A stretch of DNA of 64,000 nucleotides from Rhabdothermincola salaria (GCF_021246445.1 NZ_JAJQXW010000005.1:186001-250000), one strand, 5' to 3'. Counted from the first letter of the stretch, positions 1 to 10,915 are shown. Made by a program: numbers and translations. The notes: generated by a model not told the origin, from the letters alone.

Positions 1-737
1 TCGTCGTCGGTCGTCTCGGCATCGTCGGCGAAGGCGTAGCCGGGAGCTTGGTCGGCCAGCAGCACGCCCTGGTCGTCGCGTACGACGGAGGACGACATGC
101 CGAGCTGACCGAGGATCTCGGTGTCGACGACGTCGGGGAAGGGACGTCCGGTGACCGCCTCCACGATCAGGGCGAGCAGGACGTAGTTCGTGTTGGAGTA
201 CTCGAAGCGCTCGCCCGGCGCCGCGGTGGGAGCGCCGTCGTCGGAGACGACGACCTCCACGGCGTCTGCCATCGTCGTGGGTTCGTCCAGTTCGGCGTCG
301 AGCAGCGAGATGTAGTCCGGTAGGCCGCTCGTGTGGTGGAGCAGGTCTCCGACCGTGATGGTGTCGTCGAAGCGTCCGAGGTCGGGGAGGAGCTCGGTGA
401 TGTCGTCGTCGAGGGCGAGGTCGCCGTCGACGACGAGCAGCGCGATCGCGCCGGCGGTGAACTGCTTGGAGACCGAGCCGACGTCGAAGAGCGTGTCCCG
501 GTCGATCAGGACCCCTTCCTGCACGTCCGCCGCGCCGACGTGCAGGTCGAAGGTGCCCTCCGGGTGGCGGACCGCGACCGAGCACCCCGGTGATCCGGCG
601 TCGAGATCAGCGAACACCTCGGCGGTCCTCGACGGCGCCTTCGAGCGGCTGGTCTGTTCGGGATCGGACGACTCCGCTCCGCCTGCGCACGCCGTGAGCA
701 GCAGACCGGCGGCGAGGCTCCACGTCGTCCTCCCCAT
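1..737 (-). CDS. Serine hydrolase, beta-lactamase/AmpC family, lipoprotein (runs off window start)
   Basis: Not in the ORF track. My translation from ATG 737 gives MGRTTWSLAAGLLLTAC (lipobox), FDVGSVSKQF (SxxK), LLHHTSGL and FEYSNTNY (YxN). Confidence 0.85.
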   Translation of the reverse strand, partial: MGRTTWSLAAGLLLTACAGGAESSDPEQTSRSKAPSRTAEVFADLDAGSPGCSVAVRHPEGTFDLHVGAADVQEGVLIDRDTLFDVGSVSKQFTAGAIALLVVDGDLALDDDITELLPDLGRFDDTITVGDLLHHTSGLPDYISLLDAELDEPTTMADAVEVVVSDDGAPTAAPGERFEYSNTNYVLLALIVEAVTGRPFPDVVDTEILGQLGMSSSVVRDDQGVLLADQAPGYAFADDAETTDD

Positions 738-793
738 GGCCGGCGACGCTACCCGTTCCGTCGCGGCGGTGGCCTGGGCCGCCCGCTGACCCG

Positions 794-2431
794 TCAGGAG
801 GCCGGGCGGGGGCCGGGGTGGGAGGCGCGGTACTGCTCGAGCTTGCGGGGCGCGTCGACGCCGAAGAGGATCTCGGCCACGTGCTCCAGCCCGTCGGAGT
901 CGAGGTACTGCACCGCCGGCACCACGAGCTCGATCTTGGAGCGACGCCGCATGAAGTCCTCCAGACGGGTGACCATCTCCGTCGACGCGGCCAGGTGCAG
1001 CTCCACCCGCAGGTAGTCGGTGCCTCCGAGGATGTCGTCGGCCATGGTGGGGTCGGAACGGATGGCTTCGAGCATGGAGAAGGCCCGACGCCCGTACCGG
1101 CGCCAGAGACGGTCCGACAGCGGCTCGACCCCCGGCCGGTCCCGCCGGTCGTCGAGGCGCATGAGCCGGGCCTGGCGATGGAACTCGGCTCGGGTGTCCG
1201 CCGCCGGCTCGCCGTACCAGTTGCCCTGGTCGGGCTCCAGCACGAGGCCCAGCGACTCGACCGCCGCGGCCACCTCTTCGCCGACGTTGATGCAGTCGGT
1301 GAGCTTCCCGCCGAACACGGTGACCGCGCGGCGGCGCCGGTCGACCTCGATCTCGTGCTTGCGGCTGAGCGCGGTCCAGTCGACGTCGCTGGTGTCGCCG
1401 CCGTCGGTGGGGACCACCAGCGGGCGCACCCCGGAGCGCTCGGCGATCACGTCGTCGGTGGTGAGCGGCTCGGCGAGCTCGAGGCGGGCGTTGATCTGGG
1501 ACAGCAGGAAGGAGCGGTCCTCGTCGTCCACTGCGGAGTACGGGCTGTCGACCCGGGTGTCGGTGGTGCCGATCACCGACCGCACGCCCATGGGGATCAC
1601 GTAGAAGAGGCGCTGGGTGTCGTCGAAGAACGCCAGCACCCGGTCGTCGTCGCCGGTGGTGAGCCGGGGGACGACCAGGTGGATGCCCTTGGAGTAGACG
1701 ATGCGGTGCGTGGTCTGCACGCCCATGTCGGCGTTGAGCCCGTCGACGAACGGTCCGGCCGCGTTGACCACGATCCCGGCGCTGCTCTCGAACTCCTCGT
1801 CGGTCTCGAGGTCGCGCAGGCGCAACCGCCAGCCGCTCCCGCTCGGCTCGGCGGTGACCAGCTCCACGTAGTTGGCCGCCGTCGCGCCGGCCTCGATGGC
1901 CGAGCGCACGAACGAGAACACGAAACGGGCGTCGTTGTCCTTCAGGATGCAGTCGCGGTACTCGATGCCGCCCCGGACGGAGGTGGTGTCGATCACCGGC
2001 TCGGCGTCGCGGACCTTGGCGGCGCTGAGGAGCCGGGGGGCGCGGGTGCGGAAGTTCCCCAGCACCCAGTACGCCGTGGCGCCGAGGGCGCTCAGCCACG
2101 GCGGGTACGGCGACGAGGTGTCGAGCGCAGCCAGGAAGGAGATCTCCTGGACGTTGTCGGGGTAGGCCCGCATGAGCCGATTGCGCGACCGGCAGAGCTT
2201 GCGCACCAGCGGGATCTCGTAGTTCTCGAGGTACTTGAACCCGCCCCACACCAGGTTGGAGGACTCCTGGCTGGTGAACGAGGCGAAGTCGCCCCGATCG
2301 ACGACGGCGACGTCGGCGCCCCGGCCGGCGAGCGAGGCGGCGACGACGGCGCCGTTGATGCCTCCGCCGACGACGAACACGTCGAACGAGCCCTCTCGCA
2401 GGCGGTCGATGCTCGTGTCCCGCAGCGTCAT
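794..2431 (-). CDS. glpD: FAD-dependent glycerol-3-phosphate dehydrogenase/oxidase
   Basis: VVGGGING FAD motif, TSQESSNLVWGGFKYLE, GGKLT; divergent from glycerol kinase. Confidence 0.88.
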   Translation of the reverse strand: MTLRDTSIDRLREGSFDVFVVGGGINGAVVAASLAGRGADVAVVDRGDFASFTSQESSNLVWGGFKYLENYEIPLVRKLCRSRNRLMRAYPDNVQEISFLAALDTSSPYPPWLSALGATAYWVLGNFRTRAPRLLSAAKVRDAEPVIDTTSVRGGIEYRDCILKDNDARFVFSFVRSAIEAGATAANYVELVTAEPSGSGWRLRLRDLETDEEFESSAGIVVNAAGPFVDGLNADMGVQTTHRIVYSKGIHLVVPRLTTGDDDRVLAFFDDTQRLFYVIPMGVRSVIGTTDTRVDSPYSAVDDEDRSFLLSQINARLELAEPLTTDDVIAERSGVRPLVVPTDGGDTSDVDWTALSRKHEIEVDRRRRAVTVFGGKLTDCINVGEEVAAAVESLGLVLEPDQGNWYGEPAADTRAEFHRQARLMRLDDRRDRPGVEPLSDRLWRRYGRRAFSMLEAIRSDPTMADDILGGTDYLRVELHLAASTEMVTRLEDFMRRRSKIELVVPAVQYLDSDGLEHVAEILFGVDAPRKLEQYRASHPGPRPAS

Positions 2432-2618
2432 CCGGTCACGGTAGCAACGGCGAACCGCAGGCCCCGGTCCGGCAGACGGCAGCCGTCTCGACGCCTCGGT
2501 CGCCCGGTCGAGCGGCGAGGCTCACCACGCCCGGACCATCGGTGAGGTCGTCCTGGGAGGAGAATGAGCGCCCGGCGCGGGATGCACCTCCCGTGACGAC
2601 CCGATGTGAGGAGCACAG

Positions 2619-4130
2619 ATGACTCGGTATGTCGCCGCCATCGACCAGGGCACCACCAGCACCCGCTTCGTGATCTTCGACACCGACGGCCAACCGGTGG
2701 GGATGGCCCAGAAGGAGCACGAGCAGGTCTACCCCCGGCCGGGGTGGGTCGAGCATCGGCCCCAGGAGATCTGGGCCCGCACCGAGGAGGTCATCGCCGA
2801 GGCCCTCGAGTCGGCCGGGCTGACCGCGGCGGACCTCGTCGCCATCGGCGTCACCAACCAGCGTGAGACCACCGTCGTCTGGGACCGTGCGACCGGCGAA
2901 CCAGTGGGCAACGCCATCGTGTGGCAGGACACCCGCACCGATCAGATCTGCCGTGACCTGGCCGCCGACGGCGGTCGCGACCGGTTCCGCGCCTCCACCG
3001 GCCTTCCCCTCGCCACGTACTTCTCGGGCCCGAAAGCCGTCTGGATCCTCGACAACGTCCCGGGGGCCCGAGCGCGTGCCGAGGCCGGCGAGCTCCTGTT
3101 CGGGACGATCGACACCTGGATCATCTGGAACCTCACCGGCGGCGTGCACGGAGGCCTGCACATCACCGACGTCACCAACGCCAGCCGGACCCTGCTGATG
3201 GACCTGGCCACCCTCGACTGGGCACCCGACAACGTGGCCGCCCTCGGCATCCCGGCGTCGATGCTGCCGGCGATCCGGTCCTCGAGCGAGGTCTACGGCG
3301 AGGCGCGCCTGGCCGCCGTGGCGGGGGTGCCGGTGGCCGGTGACCTCGGCGACCAGCAGGCCGGGCTGTTCGGCCAGACCTGCTTCGACGTCGGCGACGC
3401 CAAGAACACCTACGGCACCGGCAACTTCCTGTTGCTCAACACGGGCACCGAGCCGGTGCGGTCCGATCACGGGCTGGTCACCACCGTCGGCTACCAGCTC
3501 GGTGACGCCCCCGCGGTGTACGCCCTCGAGGGGTCCATCGCCATCGCCGGGGCGCTCGTGCAGTGGCTGCGCGACAACCTCCGCCTCATCGACTCGGCGG
3601 CCGAGGTGGAAGAGCTGGCCCGCACCGTGGACGACAACGGTGGCTGCTACTTCGTCCCCGCCTTCTCGGGGCTGTTCGCTCCCTATTGGCGGGATGACGC
3701 CCGCGGGGTGATCGTCGGGCTGACCCGTTTCGTGGAACGGGGCCACATCGCCCGCGCCACGCTCGAGGCCACCGCGTTCCAGGGGCGCGAGATGGTCGAT
3801 GCGATGCAAGCCGACTCCGGCGTCACGCTCCACGAGCTGCGCGTCGGCGGGGGCATGGTGAAGAACGAGCTGCTCATGCAGTTCCAGGCCGACATCCTCG
3901 GCATCCCGGTCATCAGGCCGGCGCTGACCGAGACCACGGCGGTCGGTGCGGCGTACGCCGCCGGGCTGGCCGTGGGGTTCTGGCCGGGCATCGAGGTGCT
4001 GCGCGGCAAGTGGGTCGAGGACACGCGCTGGCTGCCCCGCATGGACGAAGCCACCCGAGAACGCGAGCTCGCCCAGTGGAAGAAGGCCGTGACCCGCACC
4101 TTCGACTGGGTGGACGACCAGCCCGGCTAG
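2619..4130 (+). CDS. glpK: Glycerol kinase
   Basis: [48 protein letters not shown]. Confidence 0.97.
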   Translation: MTRYVAAIDQGTTSTRFVIFDTDGQPVGMAQKEHEQVYPRPGWVEHRPQEIWARTEEVIAEALESAGLTAADLVAIGVTNQRETTVVWDRATGEPVGNAIVWQDTRTDQICRDLAADGGRDRFRASTGLPLATYFSGPKAVWILDNVPGARARAEAGELLFGTIDTWIIWNLTGGVHGGLHITDVTNASRTLLMDLATLDWAPDNVAALGIPASMLPAIRSSSEVYGEARLAAVAGVPVAGDLGDQQAGLFGQTCFDVGDAKNTYGTGNFLLLNTGTEPVRSDHGLVTTVGYQLGDAPAVYALEGSIAIAGALVQWLRDNLRLIDSAAEVEELARTVDDNGGCYFVPAFSGLFAPYWRDDARGVIVGLTRFVERGHIARATLEATAFQGREMVDAMQADSGVTLHELRVGGGMVKNELLMQFQADILGIPVIRPALTETTAVGAAYAAGLAVGFWPGIEVLRGKWVEDTRWLPRMDEATRERELAQWKKAVTRTFDWVDDQPG

Positions 4131-4209
4131 TGCTGTGTCGAGGGCCATGGACACCGAGGCCCGGCTGCCGGCCAGCCGGGATAGAGGCGGGATGGGGAAG
4201 GATCGTGGG

Positions 4210-5880
4210 GTGAGCGACCTCTCCGACCCGCGCCTGGCCGATCGGCAGCCGAGCTTCGAGCCCGACCCGACTCCGGCCCGGGCCGATGCGGTGGTGGTGG
4301 GCGCCGGGCCGAACGGGCTGGTCGCCGCCAACCTGTTGGCGTCGGCGGGGTGGGACGTGGTGGTGCTCGAAGCCGCCCCGGTGCCCGGCGGCGCGGTGCG
4401 TACCGCCGAGGTGACGGCGCCCGGGTTCCGCAACGACCTGTTCAGCGCCTTCTACCCCCTCGCCGCGGCCTCCCCGGTGGTGGGGGCGCTCGAGCTCGAG
4501 CGCCACGGTCTGTCGTGGTCTCGGGCCCCGCTCGTGTTGGCGCACCCCACCCCGGACGGACCGACGATGGTCCTGTCCACCGACCTCGACCGCACGGCCG
4601 CCTCGCTCGATCGCTTCGTCCCGGGAGACGGCGATGCGTGGCGGACCCTGTACGGCACGTGGTCGAGGGTGTCCGGGCCGCTGATCGACGCCCTCCTGGC
4701 GCCGCTACCGCCCGTGGTGCCCAGCGCCCGCCTGGCGGGCCGCCTGGGGGTGCACGGCGGGCTCGACTTCCTCCGTGATGCCCTCACCCCGGTCCGCAGC
4801 CTGGCCCGGGAGCGCTTCGCCGGTGAAGGCGGTGCGCTGCTGCTGGCCGGCAACGCCCTGCACGCCGACTTCACCCCCGAGACCGCCGGTGGAGGGTTGT
4901 TCGGCTGGTTGCTGGCCTCGCTCGGCCAACAGCTCGGCTTCCCGGTGCCGACGGGCGGGGCGGGGTGCTTCGTCGACGCCCTGGTCCACCGGCTCCGTGG
5001 TCTGGGCGGGCGGGTGGTCACCGGGGCACGGGTGGACCGCGTGGTGGTGGAGGGCGGACGGGCGATCGGGGTCACGACCGAGCAGGGGCATCGGGTGGTC
5101 GCCCGCCGGGCAGTGCTGGCCGACGTGGGCGCTCCGTCGTTGTTCCTCGACCTGGTCGGGGCCGACCACCTCGACGATCGCCTGCTGCGGCGACTGGCGC
5201 GCTTCGAGTACGACCACGCCACGGTGAAGGTCGACTGGGCCCTCGACCGTCCCATCCCCTGGTCCGACCCGGAGGTGGGCGGGGCGGGCACGGTCCACCT
5301 GGCCGACAGCCTCGACGCGCTGTCACGGTTCGCCTACGAGCTGGCCACCGGCCAGGTGCCATCGCGGCCGTTCATGCTGATGGGCCAGATGACGACGAGC
5401 GACCCCACTCGCTCGCCGGCGGGCACCGAGTCGGCGTGGGCCTACACCCACGTGCCGCAGCGGGTGCGACGCGACGCCGGGGGGGACGGCCTCACCGGGT
5501 CCTGGGACGACCACGAGACGGAGCAGATGGCGGCTCGCATGGAACGCATCGTCGAGGAGTACGCCCCCGGGTTCGGTGCTCGCGTCATCGCTCGTCACGT
5601 GGCCACACCCCGATCCATGGAACGCGTCGACGCCAACCTGGTGGGCGGAGCCATCAACGGGGGCACCGCCCAGATCCACCAGCAATTGGTGTTCCGGCCC
5701 CTCCCCGGCGGCGGGCGGGCGAGCACCCCGATCAAGGGCCTGTTCCTCGCGTCGGCGTCGGCTCACCCCGGCGGTGGCGTGCACGGGGCACCCGGCTCCA
5801 ACGCGGCACGAGCGGCGCTGGCCGCCGATCGGCGCCGCCGGGTGCTCCGGGCCGTGCGGCCGAGCCGCCCCCGGGGCTGA
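4210..5880 (+). CDS. Phytoene dehydrogenase-like NAD(P)/FAD oxidoreductase
   Basis: VVGAGPNGLVAA, GGAVRT, C-terminal LASASAHPGGGVHGAPG; start uncertain (4135-4210). Confidence 0.82.
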   Translation: MSDLSDPRLADRQPSFEPDPTPARADAVVVGAGPNGLVAANLLASAGWDVVVLEAAPVPGGAVRTAEVTAPGFRNDLFSAFYPLAAASPVVGALELERHGLSWSRAPLVLAHPTPDGPTMVLSTDLDRTAASLDRFVPGDGDAWRTLYGTWSRVSGPLIDALLAPLPPVVPSARLAGRLGVHGGLDFLRDALTPVRSLARERFAGEGGALLLAGNALHADFTPETAGGGLFGWLLASLGQQLGFPVPTGGAGCFVDALVHRLRGLGGRVVTGARVDRVVVEGGRAIGVTTEQGHRVVARRAVLADVGAPSLFLDLVGADHLDDRLLRRLARFEYDHATVKVDWALDRPIPWSDPEVGGAGTVHLADSLDALSRFAYELATGQVPSRPFMLMGQMTTSDPTRSPAGTESAWAYTHVPQRVRRDAGGDGLTGSWDDHETEQMAARMERIVEEYAPGFGARVIARHVATPRSMERVDANLVGGAINGGTAQIHQQLVFRPLPGGGRASTPIKGLFLASASAHPGGGVHGAPGSNAARAALAADRRRRVLRAVRPSRPRG

Positions 5881-5987
5881 CCTTCACCCACCCCTCGGAG
5901 GGCGAGGCCTCCGCCGATCGAGGGTCGCGCGCCGCCGAGGGCGACCGCGGCCGCCGTCGGGGCCACCACCGAACCCTGGGGGCGCCT

Positions 5988-6041
5988 GTGGCGACCACCA
6001 AGGCCGACATCTACGACCCGGACCTCCACGTCGACGGTCCG
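5988..6041 (+). pseudogene. 5' remnant of a cytochrome P450 (diverged copy of the start of 8512..9714)
   Basis: VATTKADIYDPDLHVDGP vs VASTKVDIYDPDLYVDGP, 15/18 identical; upstream DNA also similar. Confidence 0.75.
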
Positions 6042-6082
6042 GCGGTCAGGTCTCGGGCCCCGGCTCGCCCTAGCCTGCGAGC

Positions 6083-7009
6083 ATGCCCGACCTCCCCACC
6101 GACACCCTGGGCCGCACCGGCGAGGTGGTGACCAAGCTCGGCTTCGGTGCCATGGAGTTGCAGGCTCGGGTGGGCGAGGAAGCCGCTACCCGCGTCCTGA
6201 ACGCCGTGCTCGATGCCGGCATCACCATGATCGACACGTCGCCCGACTACGGGCCGTCGGAGGAGTTCATCGGGGCGGGCATCTCGCACCGGCGCTCGGA
6301 GTACTTCCTCGCCAGCAAGTGCGGCTGCCAGGTCGATCCGCCGCCCCCGGCCGACAGCTTCCCGGCGCACGCCTACGACCGCCGCACCCTGCGCGGCGGC
6401 GTCGAGCAGAGCCTGCGACGGATGCGGACCGACCATCTCGACCTCGTGCAGGTCCACATGAGCCCATCGCGAGCGACGCTCGAGCTGCACGACTCGCTCG
6501 CCGAGCTCGAGGCGCTGCGCGACGAGGGCAAGGTCCGGTTCATCGGGATGTCGGGCACGCTGCCCGACATCGCCGACCACATCGAGATGGGCGTCTTCGA
6601 CGCGTTTCAGATCCCCTACTCGGCGCTCGAACGCGAGCACGAGGACGTGATCTCCGCCGCCGCCAGTGGCGGCGCCGGCACCATCATCCGCGGTGGGGTC
6701 GCCCGTGGTGTCCCCGAAGCGCTCCCCGCCCAGTACGCCCGCCTCCCCGAGGAGATGCGGGCCCGCCTGGAGCAGTCCCTCGAGGAGCGCAAGGCCCGCT
6801 GGGCCGTCACCGAGTCCCGCCTCGACGACGTCCTCGAGGGGATGCCGCGCATGGAGTTCCTGTTGCGGTTCACCTTGTCGCACCCCGACATGGACACGAC
6901 GATCGTGGGAACCTCCAGCGTCGACCACCTGGCGGCCAACGTCGCGGCGGCGGCCAAGGGACCCTTGCCACCCGACGTCTACGACGACGCCCTCCGCCGC
7001 CTCGCGTGA
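6083..7009 (+). CDS. Aldo/keto reductase
   Basis: LGRTG..LGFGAM, IDTSPDYGPSEE, LASKCG, SLRRMRTDHLDLVQVH. Confidence 0.92.
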   Translation: MPDLPTDTLGRTGEVVTKLGFGAMELQARVGEEAATRVLNAVLDAGITMIDTSPDYGPSEEFIGAGISHRRSEYFLASKCGCQVDPPPPADSFPAHAYDRRTLRGGVEQSLRRMRTDHLDLVQVHMSPSRATLELHDSLAELEALRDEGKVRFIGMSGTLPDIADHIEMGVFDAFQIPYSALEREHEDVISAAASGGAGTIIRGGVARGVPEALPAQYARLPEEMRARLEQSLEERKARWAVTESRLDDVLEGMPRMEFLLRFTLSHPDMDTTIVGTSSVDHLAANVAAAAKGPLPPDVYDDALRRLA

Positions 7010-7018
7010 GTCGAGGAG

Positions 7019-7960
7019 TCAGCCGGTGGCCGCGTCGTGGATGGCGAACCGAACCCCGGTGAGCTCCTCGGATCGGCCCCACAGCTCCCGGGCGGCGGCG
7101 GGGTCCTTGGCCCGGGCGTTGGGGTTCACCTGGGTCGGCATGCCCCGCACCTCGAGCGGCCCGTCGGGCCCGTAGAAGCCGCCGGCGATCACGTCGGCCG
7201 ACGTGGCCGCGTGGATGGTCGGCAGGGCACCCATGGCGTCGCTCTGGGCGATGACGCGGTTGGCCAGCTCCGTGGCCTTGAGCCACGGCCCCTCGGTGAC
7301 GCCGCGCCCGCTCGTCTGCAGGTGGGTTGCCGACCAACCGGGGTGGGCGGCCACGGCGATGGTGCCCGACGCCGCCGCGGTGAGCCGACGCTGTAGCTCG
7401 AAGCTGAACAGGAGGTTGGCGAGCTTGGACTGCCCGTAGGCCGACCAACGCTCGTAGCGCCGCTCGCCCATGAGGTCGTCGAAGCGCATGCGCCCCATCT
7501 TGTGAGCGTTGCTCGAGACGTTCACGACCCGGCTGTGAGGTGTCGCCATGACCAGGTCCATCAGGTGGGCGGTGAGCGCGAAGTGGCCGAGGTGGTTCGT
7601 GGCGAACTGGGTCTCGAAGCCGTCGACGGTGACGCCTCGGGGGATGGCCATGACGCCTGCGTTGTTGATGAGCAGGTCGAGGCGGTCGTGGTCGGCTCGC
7701 ACTCTCTCGGCGGCCTCGCTGACCGAGTCGAGCGACGCCAGGTCGAGCGGCAGGGTCGTCACCGTGGCGTCGGGGGCGGCGCGGCGCACCTCGTCGAGGG
7801 CGGTCGCAGCCTTGTCCGGGTTGCGGCAGGCCATGATCACCGTCGCCCCTGCTCGGGCCAGCCTGGTGGCGGTCTGCAGACCCAGTCCGCTGTTGGCCCC
7901 GGTGACGAGGGCGGTGCGACCCGTCTGGTCGGGGACGGTGTACTCGTTCGGATCGGTCAT
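7019..7960 (-). CDS. Short-chain dehydrogenase (retinol dehydrogenase-like)
   Basis: TGANSGLG, NNAG, YGQSK (YxxxK). Confidence 0.92.
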   Translation of the reverse strand: MTDPNEYTVPDQTGRTALVTGANSGLGLQTATRLARAGATVIMACRNPDKAATALDEVRRAAPDATVTTLPLDLASLDSVSEAAERVRADHDRLDLLINNAGVMAIPRGVTVDGFETQFATNHLGHFALTAHLMDLVMATPHSRVVNVSSNAHKMGRMRFDDLMGERRYERWSAYGQSKLANLLFSFELQRRLTAAASGTIAVAAHPGWSATHLQTSGRGVTEGPWLKATELANRVIAQSDAMGALPTIHAATSADVIAGGFYGPDGPLEVRGMPTQVNPNARAKDPAAARELWGRSEELTGVRFAIHDAATG

Positions 7961-8159
7961 GGCTCTCCTCGGACGGGCACGGTGGCGTCTGGTGCCTCCG
8001 TGCAGGCTACGGAGACCGCTGCCGGGTCGCTCGGCCCGGGCCGACGGTGGCCCCGCCGCGTCGGCCGGCCCCGACCGGTCGTCGACGGTCCGCCGGCCGC
8101 TCGCATCAGAACGGGCGAGCGTTCACTTCCGCGAGTGCGGCGATGGAGAAGGTCCGGCG

Positions 8160-8429
8160 ATGGTCGAGACGCCGCTGTTGGAACGGGTCCGGGCGTTGGC
8201 CCCGATGGTCGACGCCGCCTCCGACGAGATCGAGCAGCGGGCGGCGCTGACCGACGAGGTGGCCGCCGCCGTGCGCGAGTCCGGCGCCATCCACCTGGGC
8301 ACCGACTCGCTGCGCAACCCGAGCGTCATCGGCCGCTGCTTCCGCGACATGAACGCCGCGACCCAGCACGTCATGGTCGGGCGCAAGACCCTCACCGACG
8401 CCGCCGTGGAGCTGCTGGCCGTCGGCTGA
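8160..8429 (+). pseudogene. Internally deleted acyl-CoA dehydrogenase-fold (HsaA-like) monooxygenase
   Basis: 89 aa joining a family-like N-terminus (LLERVRALAPMV..LTDEVAAAVRESG) directly to the C-terminal motif (IGRCFRDMNAATQH). Confidence 0.7.
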
Positions 8430-8511
8430 GCCACGCTCGGACACGCCCCTTGCCCTCCGGGGTCGGCGACTGCCACGATCGTGGGAACCACCGAACGCCT
8501 GGGGGGCAGTT

Positions 8512-9714
8512 GTGGCATCCACCAAGGTCGACATCTACGACCCGGACCTCTACGTCGACGGCCCGATCCACGAGATCTTCGCCGAGCTGCGGCGCACCGA
8601 GCCCGTCTACTGGCAGGAGATGCCCGACGAACCGGGCTACTGGGCGGTGCTGCGCCACGCCGATCTGTGCGCGGTGGCCAAGGACCCGGCGATCTTCTCC
8701 GCCGAGGAGATGGGCGTGGTGCTCGAGGACCCCGAGCCCGAGCAGCTCGCCCAGAGCCGCAACATGATGCTGATGATGGACCCGCCCCGTCACACCGAGC
8801 ACCGGCGACCCCTGGTGGGCAGCTTCAAGGCCAAGGCGATCGGCCAGATGGAGGAGCAGGTCCGCGGCATCTGCCGGTCGATCCTCGACCAGGTGCCCGC
8901 CGACGGTGAGGTCGAGTTCGTCCACGACGTGGCGGCCATGTTGCCCAACCAGGTCGTCGGCGAGCTGATGGGGCTGCCGCCCGAGGACGGCGAGCGGATC
9001 CGGCGCTGGGCCGAGGAGAGCACCAGCGCCCAGGACCCCGAGCTGGCTGCGGCCGACCGGCCCCGCGGCATGACCGGCATGGCCATGTACGCCATGGAGC
9101 TGGCGGCCGCCCGCCGCCAGGAACCGCCCCGCGACGACCTGACCTCGCTGATCCTCGCCGGCGACTTCGGCCACGGCCCGATGACCGACATGGAGTTCGC
9201 CAGCTTCTTCGTGCAGCTCGTCACCGCCGGCAACGACACCACCAAGACGATGTTGTCGTCGGGCCTGCACGCCCTGCTCGACCACCCCGACCAGCTGGCC
9301 GAGCTGCGTGCCGACCGCTCGCTCATCCCCGGCGCCGTCGAGGAGATCCTCCGCTACGCCAACCCCCTGCACTACTTCCGTCGCACCGCCCTCGCCGACA
9401 CCGAGATCGGCGGCCAGGCCATCGCCGCGGGCGACAAGATCGCCATGATGTACACGTCGGCGAACCGCGACGAGGACGTCTTCGAGAACCCGCAGTCGTT
9501 CGACATCCACCGTTCGCCGAATCCGCATCTGTCGTTCGGCATCGCCTCTCACTTCTGCCTGGGCGTGCACCTCGCCCGCCTCGAGGGCCGGGTCTTCTTC
9601 GAAGAGCTCCTCGACCGGTTCCCCACCATCACCCAGACCGGCCCGGCGCGGCGCATCCGGTCCAACCTGAACAACGGCCTCAAGGAGCTCCCCGTCCGGC
9701 TCGAGCGCGCCTAG
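8512..9714 (+). CDS. Cytochrome P450 (CYP125/CYP142-like)
   Basis: AGNDTT I-helix, EEILR (ExxR), HLSFGIASHFCLG heme motif. Confidence 0.93.
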   Translation: MASTKVDIYDPDLYVDGPIHEIFAELRRTEPVYWQEMPDEPGYWAVLRHADLCAVAKDPAIFSAEEMGVVLEDPEPEQLAQSRNMMLMMDPPRHTEHRRPLVGSFKAKAIGQMEEQVRGICRSILDQVPADGEVEFVHDVAAMLPNQVVGELMGLPPEDGERIRRWAEESTSAQDPELAAADRPRGMTGMAMYAMELAAARRQEPPRDDLTSLILAGDFGHGPMTDMEFASFFVQLVTAGNDTTKTMLSSGLHALLDHPDQLAELRADRSLIPGAVEEILRYANPLHYFRRTALADTEIGGQAIAAGDKIAMMYTSANRDEDVFENPQSFDIHRSPNPHLSFGIASHFCLGVHLARLEGRVFFEELLDRFPTITQTGPARRIRSNLNNGLKELPVRLERA

Positions 9715-9754
9715 ACATCCCACGGCCGGGACGGGCGCAGGAGGTCGGGGCGGG

Positions 9755-10915
9755 TCAGCCGAACGGCTGGAGGCTGCTCGCCACCACCCACATGCTGAAG
9801 TACTGGGAGTTGGCGCCGTAGGCCTGGGCCAGCGCAGTGCGGGCCCCCTCGACCTGGCGTTCGCCGGCGGCGCCGCGCACCTGCAGGGCGGCCTCGGCGA
9901 AGCGGAGCAGGCCCGACGCGCCGATGGGGTTGGTGGAGAGCACCCCGCCGGAGCAGTTGATGGGCATGGACCCGCCGATCTCGGTCTCGCCCGCGTCGGT
10001 GAGCTTCCAGCCCTCGCCCTCGTCGGCGAGGTGGTGGGCCTCGAGCCACATCGGCTCGTGCCACGAGAACGGCACGTAGAGCTCGGCCATGTCGATCTGC
10101 TCGCGGGGGCGGGTGATGCCGGCCTGGCGGTAGACGTCGTCGGCGCAGGTGAGGCAGGCCTGGGGGCGCACCGGATCGCGGCGGGGGAACGCCGGGGGCT
10201 CCGAGCGCGAGGAGGCACCGAGGATCCACGCCGGCGGGCGCCCGTCGGCCGCGGCGGCCTTGCCGCCGTCCTCGTCGGTGATGACCACTGCGCAGGCACC
10301 GTCGGAGGAGGGGCAGGACTCGAGGAAGCGGATGGGCTCCCACATCATCGGGCTGGCCTTCACCTTCTCGATCGAGATGTCCTCGAGGCGGAGGTGGGCA
10401 TACGGGTTCTTCAGGGCGTTCTGGCGGTCCTTGACCGCCACCTTCCAGCCGATGTGCTCGGGGGCGCCGCTGCGGTGGATGTAGGAGCGGATGAACGGGG
10501 CGAAGGAGCCGCCGGCGCCGAGCGAGGCGCCCTTGCCGCTGCCGAGGGCGAACTGGGCGTTGCCCTCCGACTGCTTCTCGAAGGCCACCGCCAGCACCGT
10601 CTTGTGCTTGCCGGCCTGCACGTGGGAGGCGGCGACCACGCCGGTGGTGCCGCCGACCGAACCGGCGGTGTGCACCCGGAACATGGGCTTGCCCACCGCG
10701 CCCAGCGCGTCGGACAGGTAGAGCTCGGGCTTCATGACGCCCTCGAACAGGTCGGGGGCCTTGCCGAGCACGACGGCGTCGATGTCGGCCATCGTCATGT
10801 GGGCGTCGTCGAGGGCCCGGAACACGGCCTCACGGACGAGGCCACCGAAGGAGACGTCGCGGCGCTTGCTCTTGTGGTGGGTTTGGCCGACCCCGACGAC
10901 GGCTGCGGGGATCAC
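9755..10915 (-). CDS. ltp3: SCP2-type thiolase-domain protein, Ltp3-like
   Basis: GTG 10915 overlaps upstream stop (GTGA); RVHTAGSVGG, CPSSDGACA, GGVLSTNPIGASG. Confidence 0.8.
   Translation of the reverse strand: MIPAAVVGVGQTHHKSKRRDVSFGGLVREAVFRALDDAHMTMADIDAVVLGKAPDLFEGVMKPELYLSDALGAVGKPMFRVHTAGSVGGTTGVVAASHVQAGKHKTVLAVAFEKQSEGNAQFALGSGKGASLGAGGSFAPFIRSYIHRSGAPEHIGWKVAVKDRQNALKNPYAHLRLEDISIEKVKASPMMWEPIRFLESCPSSDGACAVVITDEDGGKAAAADGRPPAWILGASSRSEPPAFPRRDPVRPQACLTCADDVYRQAGITRPREQIDMAELYVPFSWHEPMWLEAHHLADEGEGWKLTDAGETEIGGSMPINCSGGVLSTNPIGASGLLRFAEAALQVRGAAGERQVEGARTALAQAYGANSQYFSMWVVASSLQPFG

Noticed and set aside
818..2545. Long antisense or alternate-frame ORFs here and at 13672-16272, 16428-19382, 29647-32175, 34024-36648 and elsewhere
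   Set aside because: They shadow well-supported genes; stop codons are rare in high-GC DNA and the translations have no recognisable motifs
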